Source: Gnetum montanum
Lineage: Eukaryota > Plantae > Gnetophyta
Assembly: GCA_015680685.1 (NCBI GenBank)
Contig: MNCI01001860.1
Location: forward strand, 154,472 to 218,471
DNA: 64,000 nucleotides
Direction of reading: 5' to 3'
In this document: positions 41,458 through 55,500 of the stretch, one piece after another
How positions within the stretch are numbered: the first letter of the stretch is position 1
How the letters are laid out: each line of letters starts with the position of its first letter
Notes under the pieces: generated by a model
Database searches by the model: none
Told to the model about the DNA's origin: nothing
Seen by the model: only the letters and a program-made list of their open reading frames with translations
Translations under genes and position numbers: made by a program

Positions 41458-41635
41458 ATATGGTTTGACTGTGATAGGTTTTTGGATGTTTGTGGGTTGT
41501 GTAAACCATATTGTAATATTTGAAAAAGTTAATTGAAGATAGCTAATTTTCATAATGTTTTCTAACAAATAATTTTGTCTTTTCATAATATTTGAATTGA
41601 AGGTGATTTAATTGTGAAGTGAACCTGGTTCAATT

Positions 41636-42970
41636 GCTAAACATGATTCAAGTTCTCACCTTTTCGCTAAACATGATTCAAGTTCTCACCTTTTCTCTCC
41701 TGCTGATTATGAAGTTTTCCTAATTCCATGCCTGCTCTTTGTTTTTCCCGCTGCACCATAATTGTATCTTGAATGGGGCCTTTTACCAACGCAGATCGGA
41801 AATGAACAAACGAACAAATTAAGACGGCGTAAATGAATTCCACCGTTATGATGTTTATCATGATCGGAAATGAACAAACGAACAAATTAAGACGGCGTAA
41901 ATGAATTCCACCGTTATGATGTTTATCATGAAAAATACCATGAAGTTGCCATGAAGTCAATCATACCGCGTTCGCTACAGCATGTTCGACTGCCCAAGTC
42001 AATGATGCCGCGGAACATACGTTCACGCAATTTCTATGAAATTCCATCCACCTTCGAGACCCAGACCCCGTCAGGCCGTCACCATGTTGTCAACTTGCCG
42101 CCTATGTTGGGAAATATAATCATAATAAATCGATAAGTTGGTACGAATTGTATTTAGACGTTTGAAAAATTAAACCTAAAATCACTGATTTCTTTCTAAA
42201 AATGAAGTTTATTATAAAAGTGGGGCAAACTCGAATAAAATTTAATCTCGTCCCTGATGGTTGAACCGGTATCACTGAATTAAAAAACTATAGTTGCAAG
42301 GGTGCCTATTTTCGGCAGACTTGGATAAAAGAATTCTCCCGAAGTTTTCGTTAATCCGCGTTTCTTTGTTTCTGCCATTTTGCGCATGCTCGTATCTTAG
42401 TTTGGAAACCGTGTGCTACTGAACGTCTTTGTTAAGTTAAGATGACCACAAACGTCAAGACTCGACAACCTTACCTTTTGTCGCCTTATACTTTCTGGTA
42501 GAAATGTGCTACCAAGAAGGCTCCATGAACGTGCAGAAGTTGCCTGATTCCGAGAAAATTCCGCGGTAGGGACGCACCACTTGCTGAAAGCTCTGTTGAC
42601 AGAACCGCACCACTTGTTGAAAGCTCTGTTGACAGATTCGTATCTTCTTGTGGACAAGTTTCTCACCACGCGATATCCCTGTGTTAGATTAGAAATACTC
42701 AAACCCCTAAGCTTCAATCCACATTACAATTTTATTCCATGAATGGTCAAAATACTCAAACGCCGAAGCTTCAATCCACATCGTAATTTTAGCACATGAA
42801 TGATCAATGGCCATTAGAAGTTGAGTTTGACCGAGCCTCATTCAGACTGGAAAGTGGTTTCGTTGGCAGTTGGCACCCAAGCCGGCATTCCGCATATAAG
42901 TCGATCGATGCATATATTCCAGTATTACAGGAGAGCAGAAAGCTTGTGTCTCAGCAGCACGAGGCACAAC
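41636..42970 (+). promoter_or_regulatory. CpG-retaining upstream region of the HIPP gene with short tandem duplications and W-boxes
   Basis: Duplications of 30, 68, 33 and ~57 bp. W-box cores at 41955, 41997, 42745 (reverse) and 42827. TATA-like catataag at ~42893. Confidence 0.55.
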
Positions 42971-43480
42971 ATGAAGGTAAGGAGCTCACAGGGCTCCGCC
43001 TGGCCTTGCTTTGTGTCGTTTAAAAGATGATAACAATTTATTGTAGCATTTCTTGCTTGAAACTGGATTTTCCTGGATAACATCTCACTTACTTTTGTTT
43101 TTTGTTCTGGGTGGGTGCAGAAAGTTGTTGTCAAAGTGCCTCCTGTTGAGAATCCCAAAAAGAGGCAAAAGGCGTTCGCAAGTGTTGCTGGAATGGAAGG
43201 TGTGGTGCAGGTCTCTGTGAATAACAAAGATGGTATGATTACGGTTGTAGGGCAGACAGATCCCGTTGCCATTACACGCAGACTCAAAAAATTGGGTTTC
43301 GCTGATCTCATCAGCGTTGGCCCTGTTGGCCCTGCAAAAGATGTGGAGAAGCCTACCCGTAACCCTACAGTTACTCCTGTGCTTGCACATGAACCTCACA
43401 TAATTTACTGTCCTTGGCCTGCAGAGTACCGGTGCTACGATGAACAGTACGGTCCCATTTCGGCTTGCACCATTATGTGA
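42971..43480 (+). CDS. HIPP: Heavy-metal-associated isoprenylated plant protein (HIPP39-like), 121 aa; exons 42971-42976 and 43121-43480
   Basis: ATGAAG|GTAAGG donor and a pyrimidine tract ending TGCAG at 43120 give MKKVVVKV...RQKAFASVAGMEGVVQVSVNNKDGMITVVGQTDPVAITRRLKK..ADLISVGP (HMA fold). A Pro/Tyr-rich tail ends in CaaX CTIM*. No lesions. Confidence 0.93.
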
Positions 43481-45659
43481 ATCAGATGTCTGTTCTGTTC
43501 TTGAATTAGAGGTCTTGCTTTACGTACTTTACTCTTCTTTCTATTATACTTCGTCAGATTCTGGTTACATGGAGTAGCAGGTGCTGCATTTTCTGAATGA
43601 GGCTTAGATATTAACGTTTTAATAATGATATGTTAGTTTACTGGTAAGGGTCTTGGCATAATAACTTCAAGTAACAGGTTAGATTCTATTGAATAGCATT
43701 GAATTAATTTAAAGGTAATGTGTTTCTAATAATAAATATATCATAAAGAAGATATAGCAATTCAAGCGAAAAATAACCTGTCATGATTGTAATAACATTA
43801 ACTTTTTTTAAAGTATACACTGCTAGAAAGAAAATATAACATTGTAAAATCTTTATTTTATTTGCTCTATCTCAATTAAAAAGGATGTCCACAAAACATT
43901 ACATTTACAATCACAATGTTGATGATTATTCTTGTTTATAAGTGGCTTCTACAAATCTATGTTTCATAAAATTTAGAATCTTAGATACATGAAATTTTGA
44001 GATTAAATTGAAACTTTATTATATTCAAAAACCTGTAGGATCTATATTAGACAGATTACATTTTCATGAAAAATAAAGATAGACTCTATAAATTGACTAA
44101 GCGGGCAGAAAAAACAAAGCATATTATTTTTTTGCTATAACATTATACTTGATTATGAAAGTAACCTTGAATCTATAAAGCACAACTTTATGGGATGAAA
44201 TTAGATTTACCTGGTGCAAAAATTAGTAAATGAATGTCTAATGCTAAGAGAGCAGAAAGATCAAAGTTGTATGCAAAATGTTGACACTTTGAGATAGACC
44301 AAACATCGTTCATGTCCAGGTCCCTTGGAGACTTAATAAATACTTCAGGCTTTAGCTTTCAGCTGGGGCAGGTTTGCTTGTGGAATGAGCTTTTCCAAGA
44401 GGGAACCCAATGTACCTTTAAATATGAGAGGTAGCCATGTTCAAACCTCTATTTAAAGCACAGGCAAACTACATTTGATATGCGACATTACGAACCCAAC
44501 TTGACTCATAGGGTTAGAAATTTACGTTAAGACAACCTCACAGCCGATGTTCAGTCTGTCATACCAACTCAGCTCAGGTTGGTGTAAATTCTAATTTCGC
44601 GGCTCACCATTAAACTGACTTGTGGACTTGGGAACACAAATCCAAGTAATATTCGAAGAATAAAAATATAAGCAAACTGCAGGAGCCCTAGAGCCTTAGA
44701 TAAAGCCATCAAAATTTCACAGCAGTCGTATGCTTTGTGCGCTGCAGGTCAAATGGCAACAACGAAAGCAGAATGGTATGGACCCTTTAGGCACGAAAAA
44801 GTATGTNAAATTCAAACTTAAATTTGAGCAGTAAGTGAGAAATTTAATCATGAAAATTAAAATTTCAGCCATTAACAATTCCCGACCCTCAGACACCAAG
44901 AGTATGGGTAAAGATAGAAATTAAAATTTGGGCGGTTAAAAATTTCAAAGCCTCAAACACCAACAGGGTGTGTGGTTGCACAAAATGAAAAATTCAATTT
45001 TTATCTTGGGCTGCAAAACCGTTTCACTGGGTTATATATAAATATAGAGAATTTTCTAAGTTTTCATTTTCTTTGAAGCCTAACTGCTGGTAACAAGTTT
45101 TGATGAAAACCAAATCACTCATCTATCCTCTCTTCCTCTCTTACTTTTCCATTTCCTTTGCACTCTCTCTTTATCTAATTTGTTCTTTGAATGCTTTTTT
45201 ATTTTAATTTATTTTAATCTTATTCAATATATAAAACTTCTTTATGATTTTATGATCTAATATTATTTTCCTAGAGGAAGCCATGGTTTATTGGGTGTTA
45301 ATTTTATTGCAAATAGAATGGAACCTTAAAGCATAGAAAAGGCAACCTCAAACTTTTCAAAACCAAAGTCAAGAATTATTTTGGTTACTTTTCCTGCCCA
45401 AAATTTCCTAAAATGATTTTGCTAAAATTTAAGTATGAAATTTGATTGTAATGAAATGCAAATTTTGTTTGTGATGAAATGCAAGATAGTGTGGTCATCA
45501 TCACCACTCTCCTACCACACACAGATTAGCCTCTTGGCCAAAACTAGAATATATGTTACCTTATATTTATGTTTTCAAAGACACTCTCATATGTAATTTA
45601 TGAAATACAACATGATATAATAATGAGATTTTGAATGAACCATAATGAATAAGAGATAG

Positions 45660-46790
45660 GAAACTACAAGTGAAATTGAAATTTTATTAAATATGTGGGC
45701 CATCTAGATATGTTAGAGAGTAGAAGTAAACATGCTATGAATTTTTAAAATATCATGAAGAATATTACCAAGTGTGCTTGATAACATTTGGAAGAAATGA
45801 ACCAAATTTGCAATTGTAATGTATCATTCTTTTTAATGTACTCAAATAGAGGACATTGTAGGCAAATGTGAGATTCATATTCAATGCTATTTATATTATA
45901 CTATCATCATATGAGCTCTTCAATTGGATACATTGATATACTTTATTTATGTAACAAGCATTATTATGGGTAGAATCTATGCATCAAATGAATTCGATTC
46001 TTGGAAGCAAGGAATCAAGGATTTGTGATTCTAAATGTATTTAGGTACATGGGTATATGAAAAAGTTGGGGATATTTTCATAGTTAGGGACATTAATTAA
46101 AATATACTAAAATATATAAACTATATTTTCCTTTAATTCTTTTGCATTTTAGATTTATTAAAAATTATCTTAAATTTAATTTAAATTAAAAATCTCTATA
46201 AAGAATCTAATGTACTTTTGTCCATGCTCTTGCTTCAAGTACACTTCCTATGCACAAATCTGCTGAGATTAGCAAATCCCCAACGTATAGGGTAGAATTA
46301 AGTAGATAGCTAGTTATAGTAAATCATGTTCATCCTTAAATCCTTCTTAAAATTTAAAGGATTGGCAATGCTAATATAAAGATATTAAGAGAAAGAAAGA
46401 AGTTTGAGTATAAAGAAAAATAAATATCCAAATCCCATGGAAAGAAATTTTAGTTGAAGTTTATATTTAACTATGCTTTACCTACTACTTGTTTCAAAAT
46501 AGATAATCAATTATGAAACTAAAATTGAAATTTTATTACATTTGTAGACTCTCTAGATCTATTGGATAGAAAATATACATGCTATGAGTTTTGAAAATAT
46601 CATTAAGAAAATTATCAAGGCTTCTCAGTAACATTTTGAATAAATCAACCAAATTTGTAGTTGTAATATTGGCAACATTTTGAACAAATCAACCAAATTT
46701 GCAATTGTAATAACTCATATTTGTTTGATGTACCTAAATATAGGACATTGTAAGAAAATGTTATATTCATTTTCAATGTTATTGGCTCTT
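45660..46790 (+). repeat. Diverged ~230-bp dispersed duplication (45660-45890 and 46515-46785; third fragment ~47295)
   Basis: aaattgaaattttatta...catgctatga.ttt..aaatatcat...aaccaaatttgcaattgtaat...ggacattgta shared. Confidence 0.7.
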
Positions 46791-48439
46791 AAATGGTTTA
46801 GATATATGCAAAGAAGAATAGATAATAAGTCTATAAAAAAAGTTGTTACTAGTACTAGGAAACCATCAAAAAGAAGGTCAAAAATACATAGGATAAAACA
46901 ATTGAAGACAATCTAAAGAAATTGCAAATAAACAAATATATAGCTCTTTATAGAGGTGAATGGTAAAAAGAACTCATGTAGCTAACCCCATTTTATTGGT
47001 ACAAGGATAGGATGAGTATGATAATAATGATGTTGATAATGATGATATCATCAAAAGAAATGAACAATGTATTATCATTGTTATGAAACTTTTCCATTCT
47101 ATCATCACTATGAAACAAAGTTTGATAAAAAATTTCAATATCTTTGAGATAAAAACAATAGTTTGGTCTTCTCTTTCTTTTAATTGAAGGATGAAAACAA
47201 TTAAGATCTTTCTTTATCACTTGTAATAAACTAGTTTATCTTTGTCTAATAAATTCCGTCTTCTTAGTTTGAATCAAATATTTATGAAATTGAACTTGAA
47301 ATTGAAAAATTTATCACATTTGTAGACTAAAAGTAATTTTTACATGAGTTGATAGTTTATAGTGACTTTTAGGGTTTAATAAAATTCAAGTTATCTTACA
47401 TTCTTCATGAAACCATTATTGATTGTTTGTATTTTAGCTTTTGGAAATTATATTATTTACTATTTAGCATAAAATTATAATTGTAGCATTATATGTAGAC
47501 ATAACTTTAATAAATAAAATATGATGTAATTATTTATTAATATTACAAGTGAAGAGAGAAAACATAAATTATTGATATCATTTCAAAGGATTACCAACAT
47601 GAAAGCTAGTTTGACTTGTTATGATATTGAATAGAGTTAAAATTATGTAAGTTAGTCCTCCAATAGACCATTAGAAGAGGACATAATAAAACCATTTTAT
47701 TATATATATATAATACATTATAATTAATCATTTAAAAATTATATATATTTTTTCCATAACACACTTGGAGCATGTAGCTTATAGTTATGTAAGTCATAGG
47801 TTCAACCCCAATGTTTCTTGTAGTATAGTATTGCTCAAGTCTTGCAACTTATAAGGTAAATTTATATTTTCAATTATAATAAATTTATAAGTTAGCTTAG
47901 TGGAAAGAGCCATGTTTATTGGATAGATCCATGGGGATTTCATTGTAGATAAAGTAAAAATTACTAGTGCGTAACGTTGAGCTATAAAGTTTAAATTGGA
48001 CTATATATCTTGGGATGTACCTATATTATAATTATTTCAAGGTTCCAATGGTTCCAAACCCCACAACACCATCACCTTCGCCACCCCACCCTTGATAAAG
48101 TAAAAAATTAGTTTCAATTTATATTTAGAAATATAAAAAGCACTTAAAAAATCTTTATCCTTTGATAAAGTAATCATTTAAAATTTAAATAATATCAAAT
48201 TTTACACTTTTTAGAAAATATCTCACTAGCAATAAAATTGCATGGAGTGATTTCAACTCCAAATAGCAATAATAGTCCAAAATATATATCTATATTTTGG
48301 CCAAGAAAAATTTTTTCTTTTAAAATAAATTAAATCTTACTATCAAATCTTCCCTAGACATAGAAAAGTATGGTAGATAGTGAACATAATTTAAGTGGGA
48401 TGCTAGAGTTTTCCCAAATGGAAAACCCATGAATTACCA

Positions 48440-50574
48440 TGATGAGACAACTTGTTTCGTCTTATTTTTTGTGTTGGTCGAAAGGCCTATGATAAATCAT
48501 GGTATATAAAATAACTATGATATCGTAACTATAATATCATAGCTCTATTTACAATGTCATAGATAAGATATAGTGGGCCATGATCATGCCTATAAATACA
48601 ATCTCACTGTCATGTCAAATTTATCTTTGGTTAATCTTATAGCATAACTCTTTGAATTTCATTTTACGAATTTAGAGTTAGTTGTAAGTACCTGCACTAT
48701 AGTGATAAACAATTGTACAACATCTTTATTCAAGTGGAATGTACCTGAACACACTTCATGTATAGAAATAATGATCAAGATTGTTCTTTGTCACTACAAC
48801 ATTTCACTTAGACTATATTTACTTACTATTGAATTTACTTTTCATTTTCACTTTACATTTCTAGAATCTATTAGTTATTTGGTAAAAAGTATGATCGATT
48901 TCAAGCATGCAAATATAATCGTCTAGTAACCCAAATAGTAACTTAGCTTGTGTTTCTCAATTGTATGTAACTTGGTAATCCCAAGAATGGTTTTATAAGC
49001 CTAAAGCATGTATAGTAAATTAGGAATACTTGCTTATTGTTAGTCTAGATAGTATTTGATTTCCATTATCCTTTAGTCACTAGAATTCACACTCTAGTAA
49101 TACTTTAGCTCATTAACATAAATTAATCATATGCCTTACTAAGAGCTAAATCATACATCATGATTTCTACTAACTTTGGTGAGAAAAAAAATGATTAAGA
49201 ACTTACTATTAATATACTAGTATATAATATTGCCCCATACAAAGATTATGATTTGGTCACATTTGTACACTTATGACTTATATGATTAGGTGTTGGAAAC
49301 TCTCGCTATTCATCATTAGTGTTGTTGTTGGGAATGGTATCAATATATAGTAATTAGTTGATTTTATTAGATTTCGCTATGTTGTCATCTTACAATTTAT
49401 CTTTTAGACATATAATAATTCCTAAGCACACATTTAAATACTAATCGATCAAACATGACTTTGACAAACAAAGTAAATTTCCCACCTTATAAAAATATTA
49501 ATAAAAGCAAAGATAAAATTTATGCTAAATAAAATTATAATGGACCAATGCAAACAAGAATTCATATGCTCACATCAATCTATATTATCCTAACTTGACT
49601 TTTATCTTTCACCAAGATGAGTAATTCAAATGGAGAGACTTACAAGGTAAGATTGTACTACCATCAAATTGTTCAAATCCATCTATGCTCTAAGTATCTC
49701 TACTTAGATATAGTCTTGGCCACATACATGGAGGTTACTAGGTTACTAAGAATATGACTAGACCTTATTAGCCAACTGAAGCCCAAGCTAGAAGAGATGT
49801 TGTTATGAAAGCAAGGTAATAATAAGAGAAATGAAAACATGCACCTCAAGTGATCTTACTCTTGAAAAAGGAACATATGGAATATCAAGCTATAAATTGT
49901 CATCATAACTGATGCGATTCTTACCCATATGTTCTATACATTAAAGATCCCATGCAACAAAATCTTTATTTAGCCTTAGCAAAAATACTATTAAGAAATG
50001 AGATAAGCCCCAAAATAAAGAATCATCCAAGGACTACAGACTCTGGTATATCTAAAAGAGAAGACTCAAGGGGCCATAGAAGAAATGCAAGCTAACATCA
50101 CTCTCTAAGCCTTTCATCCTCTTCATCACCTTCATTAATAGATTATAATAAGGATGAATTGAGACATGAAAGCAAGACTCAATGAAGGGATCAAGATTAT
50201 ATGCTTGATAGGGAAAGAAGCCAAGATCATTATAAATAGCCAAAAAGAGAAAGAAATCATGATGAAGATGAAGAAAAAGAAAGAGGGAAAAGGAATAGGA
50301 TAAGAAATGAAGTAGAGCATCAAAAGGATCATGATCACTATAATAGAGATGATGAACCCTTATTAACCACAAGAAGCATGATCAATATTAGTGAGATCAT
50401 TTACATTCTAACTAGGTATCAAAGGGACAATCCCATTAAGTGATTAAGTATAAACAACATTCTTAAATTTAGAGGATATAATGCTAATCCATAACACCAC
50501 CTTCAAGCTTTTAATGATGTCTTTGTACTTTCAAATATTGAAAATAAGTGGCAAAAACTCAAGCTATTTCCAAG
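48440..50574 (+). mobile_element. Truncated Athila-like element: 5' LTR 48440-49315, PBS, start of gag region
   Basis: TGATGAG...TTCATCA LTR and a decayed PBS ttagtgttgttgttgggaat. Internal sequence colinear with 53100-54350. Confidence 0.8.
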
Positions 50575-51900
50575 TCATGAGTAATATGTTTCCCCTATAC
50601 TGAATCATACAAATCACATGTGTGTATGCATGATCTAGTAGAATTTCATGGATAGAACTAGTGTGGTGTTTAGATTGTTAAGCATTGATTGCAAGTTGTT
50701 GTTTGCTCACTTGGAGTAGCGGTAGCTCTATCACATATGGTTTAGTCCAAAATGAGGCATATGATTATGATGTTATGTAGGCCTTAAAATAACTAAATAA
50801 TAATATGAAAATTAATTATGTAATCTACTTAACAATAAAAATTGATCCTAAAATATTTCAAGGGCAATGAGTGTTCATTCCTAGCTTGTTGTACAAGTCC
50901 TAAACTCAGGTACCCACTGCTTGGATTACCAAGTGTTATGCTACTAGGCAAATCAAGCAATAACACTATCAAGATTACCAAGAGAATATATGTTTATGCT
51001 CAAAACTAGTTGCGCTCATTCTGTCGATTGATTAATATGCATGGAAATGTAAATATTAACTAAGTACATAGAAAATAAATTACATTGAAAGTAAATCTAT
51101 TCTAAGTTAAAGTACTTCAATGAATAAGAATCAATCTTGATCTCATGGTCATTCATGAAATGTGTTTAGGTACAATGCCACTTGAATAAAATGATGTACA
51201 ACTAACTCAAATCCATACTGCGGGCACTCACAAACTATTTTCTAAGATTACAAAATAAAATTGCAATATTTTAGATACACTATTGATCAAATGGTGCTAA
51301 ATACGTGATTGGTGCTTACATATTTATAGGAAAATATAAGCATTACTTTGATAAGGATATGTTAATGCATTTAGTTGCATTGATGGGGATGTGTCGATGC
51401 ATCCTCGTTGATAAGGATGCATCAATGTAGCTAAGTTATAGAAAATGTGATATTGCATCTATAATATACCGAATGTGATATAGCATCTATAATGTAGTAG
51501 CCAATTGAGACACATTGATAGGGATGCTACAACACAAATGTGACATAGCATCTATGATATAGCATTAATGATATAGGCTCTACGATATCTCAGCCAATTA
51601 ATATACTTGATAAATTGATGCTTCATGATGTCTCTATGACTCAACTACTTGACATATCAAGTCTCATCATACCCCCACTACTGACTAAAAATGAATCCTC
51701 AAGTCATATATAAATGGATGAAGTTTCATGACAAAAATTATGGGGTGACCAAGAGTAGATTGGTTGCCATTACTAAATTGAAGTGATGCATTACAAAATT
51801 TTATTTGAGTGGATGTATTACAAAATGAAAAAAAGACTAGATAGATATTAGAGTTTACAAAATTGTAGAGGTCTTCAAAAATTCACTAAAGATGAATCTT
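50575..51900 (-). mobile_element. 3' LTR (50575-51669) plus PPT of another Athila-like copy
   Basis: LTR ends ctcatca (51669), followed by tacccccactactgactaaaaatgaatcctcaag, the reverse complement of the PPT context at 60525-60558. Expanded palindrome array. Confidence 0.8.
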
Positions 51901-53319
51901 CTTATTATTGCTAGTGGTGGCAGACTTCCCAACCATGACTATTATGTTGGTGCTTTTCTTTTGTGCAAAACATTCTTGAAGGATGGAGTAAAACTACTTC
52001 TCATTAACATTTCTAGTAAGTGAACATGCAATGTTTGATTTTTAATTCTTGTATGTGCTACTATTTGTACATAGGAATATCCTCCTCTACCCTTTTCTTG
52101 GCCTCTTTTCCTTACCTTGTAAAAGACCTTCAACCTTAGGTACTTTGTTTAGCATCATCTAACATCACCAAAGAATCAACATTAGTTTTGATAAATTTTC
52201 CTTGGTTATTAACCTTGATAAAATAATTTTTTGTTGTAATGCGATATAATATCCCTGATATCATAACTACGATGTTGTAGCCCATCCTATATCATTGTTG
52301 ATGTGATGTCTTAGGATCTATGTAGCCCTATAAAGAATAGCACTTGGGCACACAAACATGAAATTTCCATTTCAACACTTAGCCAAACTCTTGCAATTTT
52401 TTTTTTGTAGTTTAGTAATAGAGTGAATGCTCATAGTGTGGTGTTGAGCAATTGTACGGTATCTTTATTCGAGTGAATTGTACTTGGACATAGTTCATGA
52501 TCGACAATAAAGATTGAGATTGTTTTTCATCATTGTAGCATCCATTTAGTTTTCTATTTTTTAATTAGAATAATTTTCTTATTTTTCAAGTTAATCATTT
52601 ACAATTCAAGCACTTTATTTTACATGTTATTAGTAAGAGGTATGGATACAACTAGTTTCAAGTGCTAAGTGTAGTTATCTAGTGACCCAGTGGTGGCATT
52701 ACTTGATTCAATTAGTAGTAATACCACTTGGTAATTCCAATGATAACTATATGAGTTCAAGGCATGTATGGTAGGCTAGGACCATATATCCATTACACTA
52801 GGCTAAGTTAGATTTATGTTTTCCTAGTTTACTAGACTTAGAGTTTTATCTTCAACCATGTTTACCATTAGGAGCATTAAGAGCCTTACAACATCAACTA
52901 ATCATATGCCTCACTAAGAGTTAAATCATATGTACAAACATCACTAACTCGAAGTGGAAAGACAATAGTCTGAAACTTAACATCAATTACTAGCATAATT
53001 ATATTTTCCATTCCTAGATTATGATTTGTTCATGTATAAAGACTCAGGACTTGTATGAAAGAGTGTCGGGATACCTCCACCACTCATCATTGGCATTGTT
53101 GCCAAGGATGTGTCAATGTATGCTAAGTAATTGATCTTATAAAGTTCATTGTATCAAGAACCACAAAGTCTATCCTTATAACTTTAATTAATCTTAATAA
53201 CACACATATAACTAAGCATCAAATTACAAGATGGCTCCAACACTTAAAGAAACATTATCACCTACTTGAATATCCACAAAGAATAAATGAAAAAACACAT
53301 GATGATGATGACTAGAGTG

Positions 53320-55500
53320 CACCAATGCAAACATGAATCTCATATCCTCACACCAATTATTATTACCTTGATTTTACATTCATCTTTCATCAAGATGAGA
53401 AAATGAGATGGAGAGACTTGTAGGACAACATTGTTTTACCTCCAAAGCATTCAACACGAGCCATGGTTCAAGCAACCTTAAGGGAGATGAATCTAAGCCA
53501 TGCATAAGAGGGATATCATGTGACCAAACACATGACTAGATCATATCAACCCATAAAGGCACAAGTACGAAGAGATGTTGCTATGGAGATAAAGCATGAA
53601 AATAACAAGGGAAAGAAAGTCAATCCTAATGTTGTCCTAGAAGAACTTGATGGCAATGCATTCTTAGTAGGAAAACTCTACCATAATCATGGAGTTGATT
53701 CACAAACACCTATTATACATTTGGAAGAACTTGTCAAAGTACAATTGCATTTGGCCCTTGTAGATACACCAAGAAGAGAGGCAGATGACTCTAAACATAG
53801 ACAGAACTCAAGGCCTAGAGCTTTTGTAGGATCACAAAGAGATGAATTTTAGAGTCAAAAAAGGAGAACTAGTTGGCATCATTTCCAAACTACTTCATCT
53901 TCCATCTTACGATCATCAATGGACTCTAATAGAAGGGAATGGAGGTGCAAAGATCATGATAGGGAGAGACATTAGGCTCATGATAGGCATGAGTATCATC
54001 AAAGGTATCTTGATGAAGAAGATGATGAGTATCAACTATGAAGAGATAAGAATACATGAGAAGAAAGAGAGCAATATGAGTACCAAAGGAGACATCACTA
54101 CAATAGAGCCTAAAAATCCAATGATCATGAAGAGCCCCTATTGACCACTTGTAGCATGATCAACATTAGGGAAGTAGTATATATTCCAACTAGGCATGTG
54201 AGGAATAATCACATCAAGAAACTTGATATGAATAATATTTTGAAATTTTAAGGTGGTTACAATGCATATCTACAACATTACCTTCAATAATTTCATGATG
54301 TCTATGCCCTTCAGAACATAAAAAGTGACTAGCAAAAGCTCAAGTTGTTTCCCAGAATACTTATCAAAAAGGTAAAGAGCTGGTATAGATCATTGGAACT
54401 AGAATCAATCAGAAGATGAAGTACCATGCTCAAACTCTTCAATGATAAATATCAAACCTATTCAAGGGTTTCCAATGCCAAAAAGAAAATCCAAGGATGA
54501 AGGAAAGGGGCACACAAATCCCTTGATGTGGAAATGGATAGATACTACTCTCTTCTACATAGATGCCTAGGCCATGGATTCTTGCAAATGGAATAGCTTA
54601 GGCATATTATTAATGGGTTAAGAACTAAAACTAGAGAAACCCTTGGGGTTTACACCTAATGAAGACTATTAGAAATGACCACCCATAAAATTTAAAGGCT
54701 AGTAGACTAGGTGGTGAAGGAGGAAGGTGAGTTGAAAAAGAGAGAATTACCAAAGGAATATAATTGAGATCCATCAATCAAAAAATGATATGTATGAATA
54801 TGTGACAAGAAAGGGGAAGAAACCTTAGAGGATGTGATCCAAAAGAAAGCTCTACGAATTTAAAAATTTGTCAATGATATAGCAACTAAGGTACAAGAGA
54901 TATGGGACTTAGTGGATGAAAAGTTCATTACAACTTTGAACATTGTAGAAGAAAGAACTAAAAAGTTCTTTAATAAGGGTAAGGATATGGAAAAAGAAAG
55001 ATACTATGGACATGAAAACTATAAGTAGAAAGGCAAAGTTACTTTAGTGGAAGAATGTAATAACTCAAGCTCACAAGATGAGGAAGGATGCAAAGTGTGC
55101 CAATATGAACATCCCAAGGGATGTTGCCCTATCATGACACATTTTCAAGAATCTGGGGCATATTCACTTAACCCAAGATTCATCAAAAAGCAATGCCAAG
55201 ATAGTTACCTTACCCTCAAGGTAACTTTAAATAGTCATTCCAAGTAGCTTACTACCCAAGTGGAGCTTATCCTCAACCATAGGAGTAGTACTAGCAGTAG
55301 TGGCAACAACCATAAGCATGGGAAATACCACTGCCAAGGCAATAGTATCCATTTAGGTAACCAAACCCTTATGGAGACTATGTGTAGTGTCCAATATCTC
55401 TAGGGAATGTGTTAGTTCATACTTCTCAACATTATCCACTTGAATATTATAAAACTACCACTTCTAGTATGGATTGCAATCCATATGTACATCAACCAAC
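53320..55500 (+). pseudogene. Decayed gag with R/D/H-rich N-terminal extension and a Cx2Cx3Hx4C knuckle
   Basis: KLKLFPRILI.KVKSWYRSLELESI..., LFNDKYQTYSRV, CKVCQYEHPKGCCP. Many stops; boundaries approximate. Confidence 0.7.

Noticed and set aside
41636-42805. Repeat pairs as a CRISPR-like array
   Set aside because: Each repeat is a different two-copy tandem duplication without spacers; eukaryotic context and no cas genes.
42397-43399. Minus-strand ORFs (106, 128, 104 aa) and plus ORFs 42796-43030
   Set aside because: Antisense shadows of the HIPP gene or chance ORFs in its promoter; no domain recognised.
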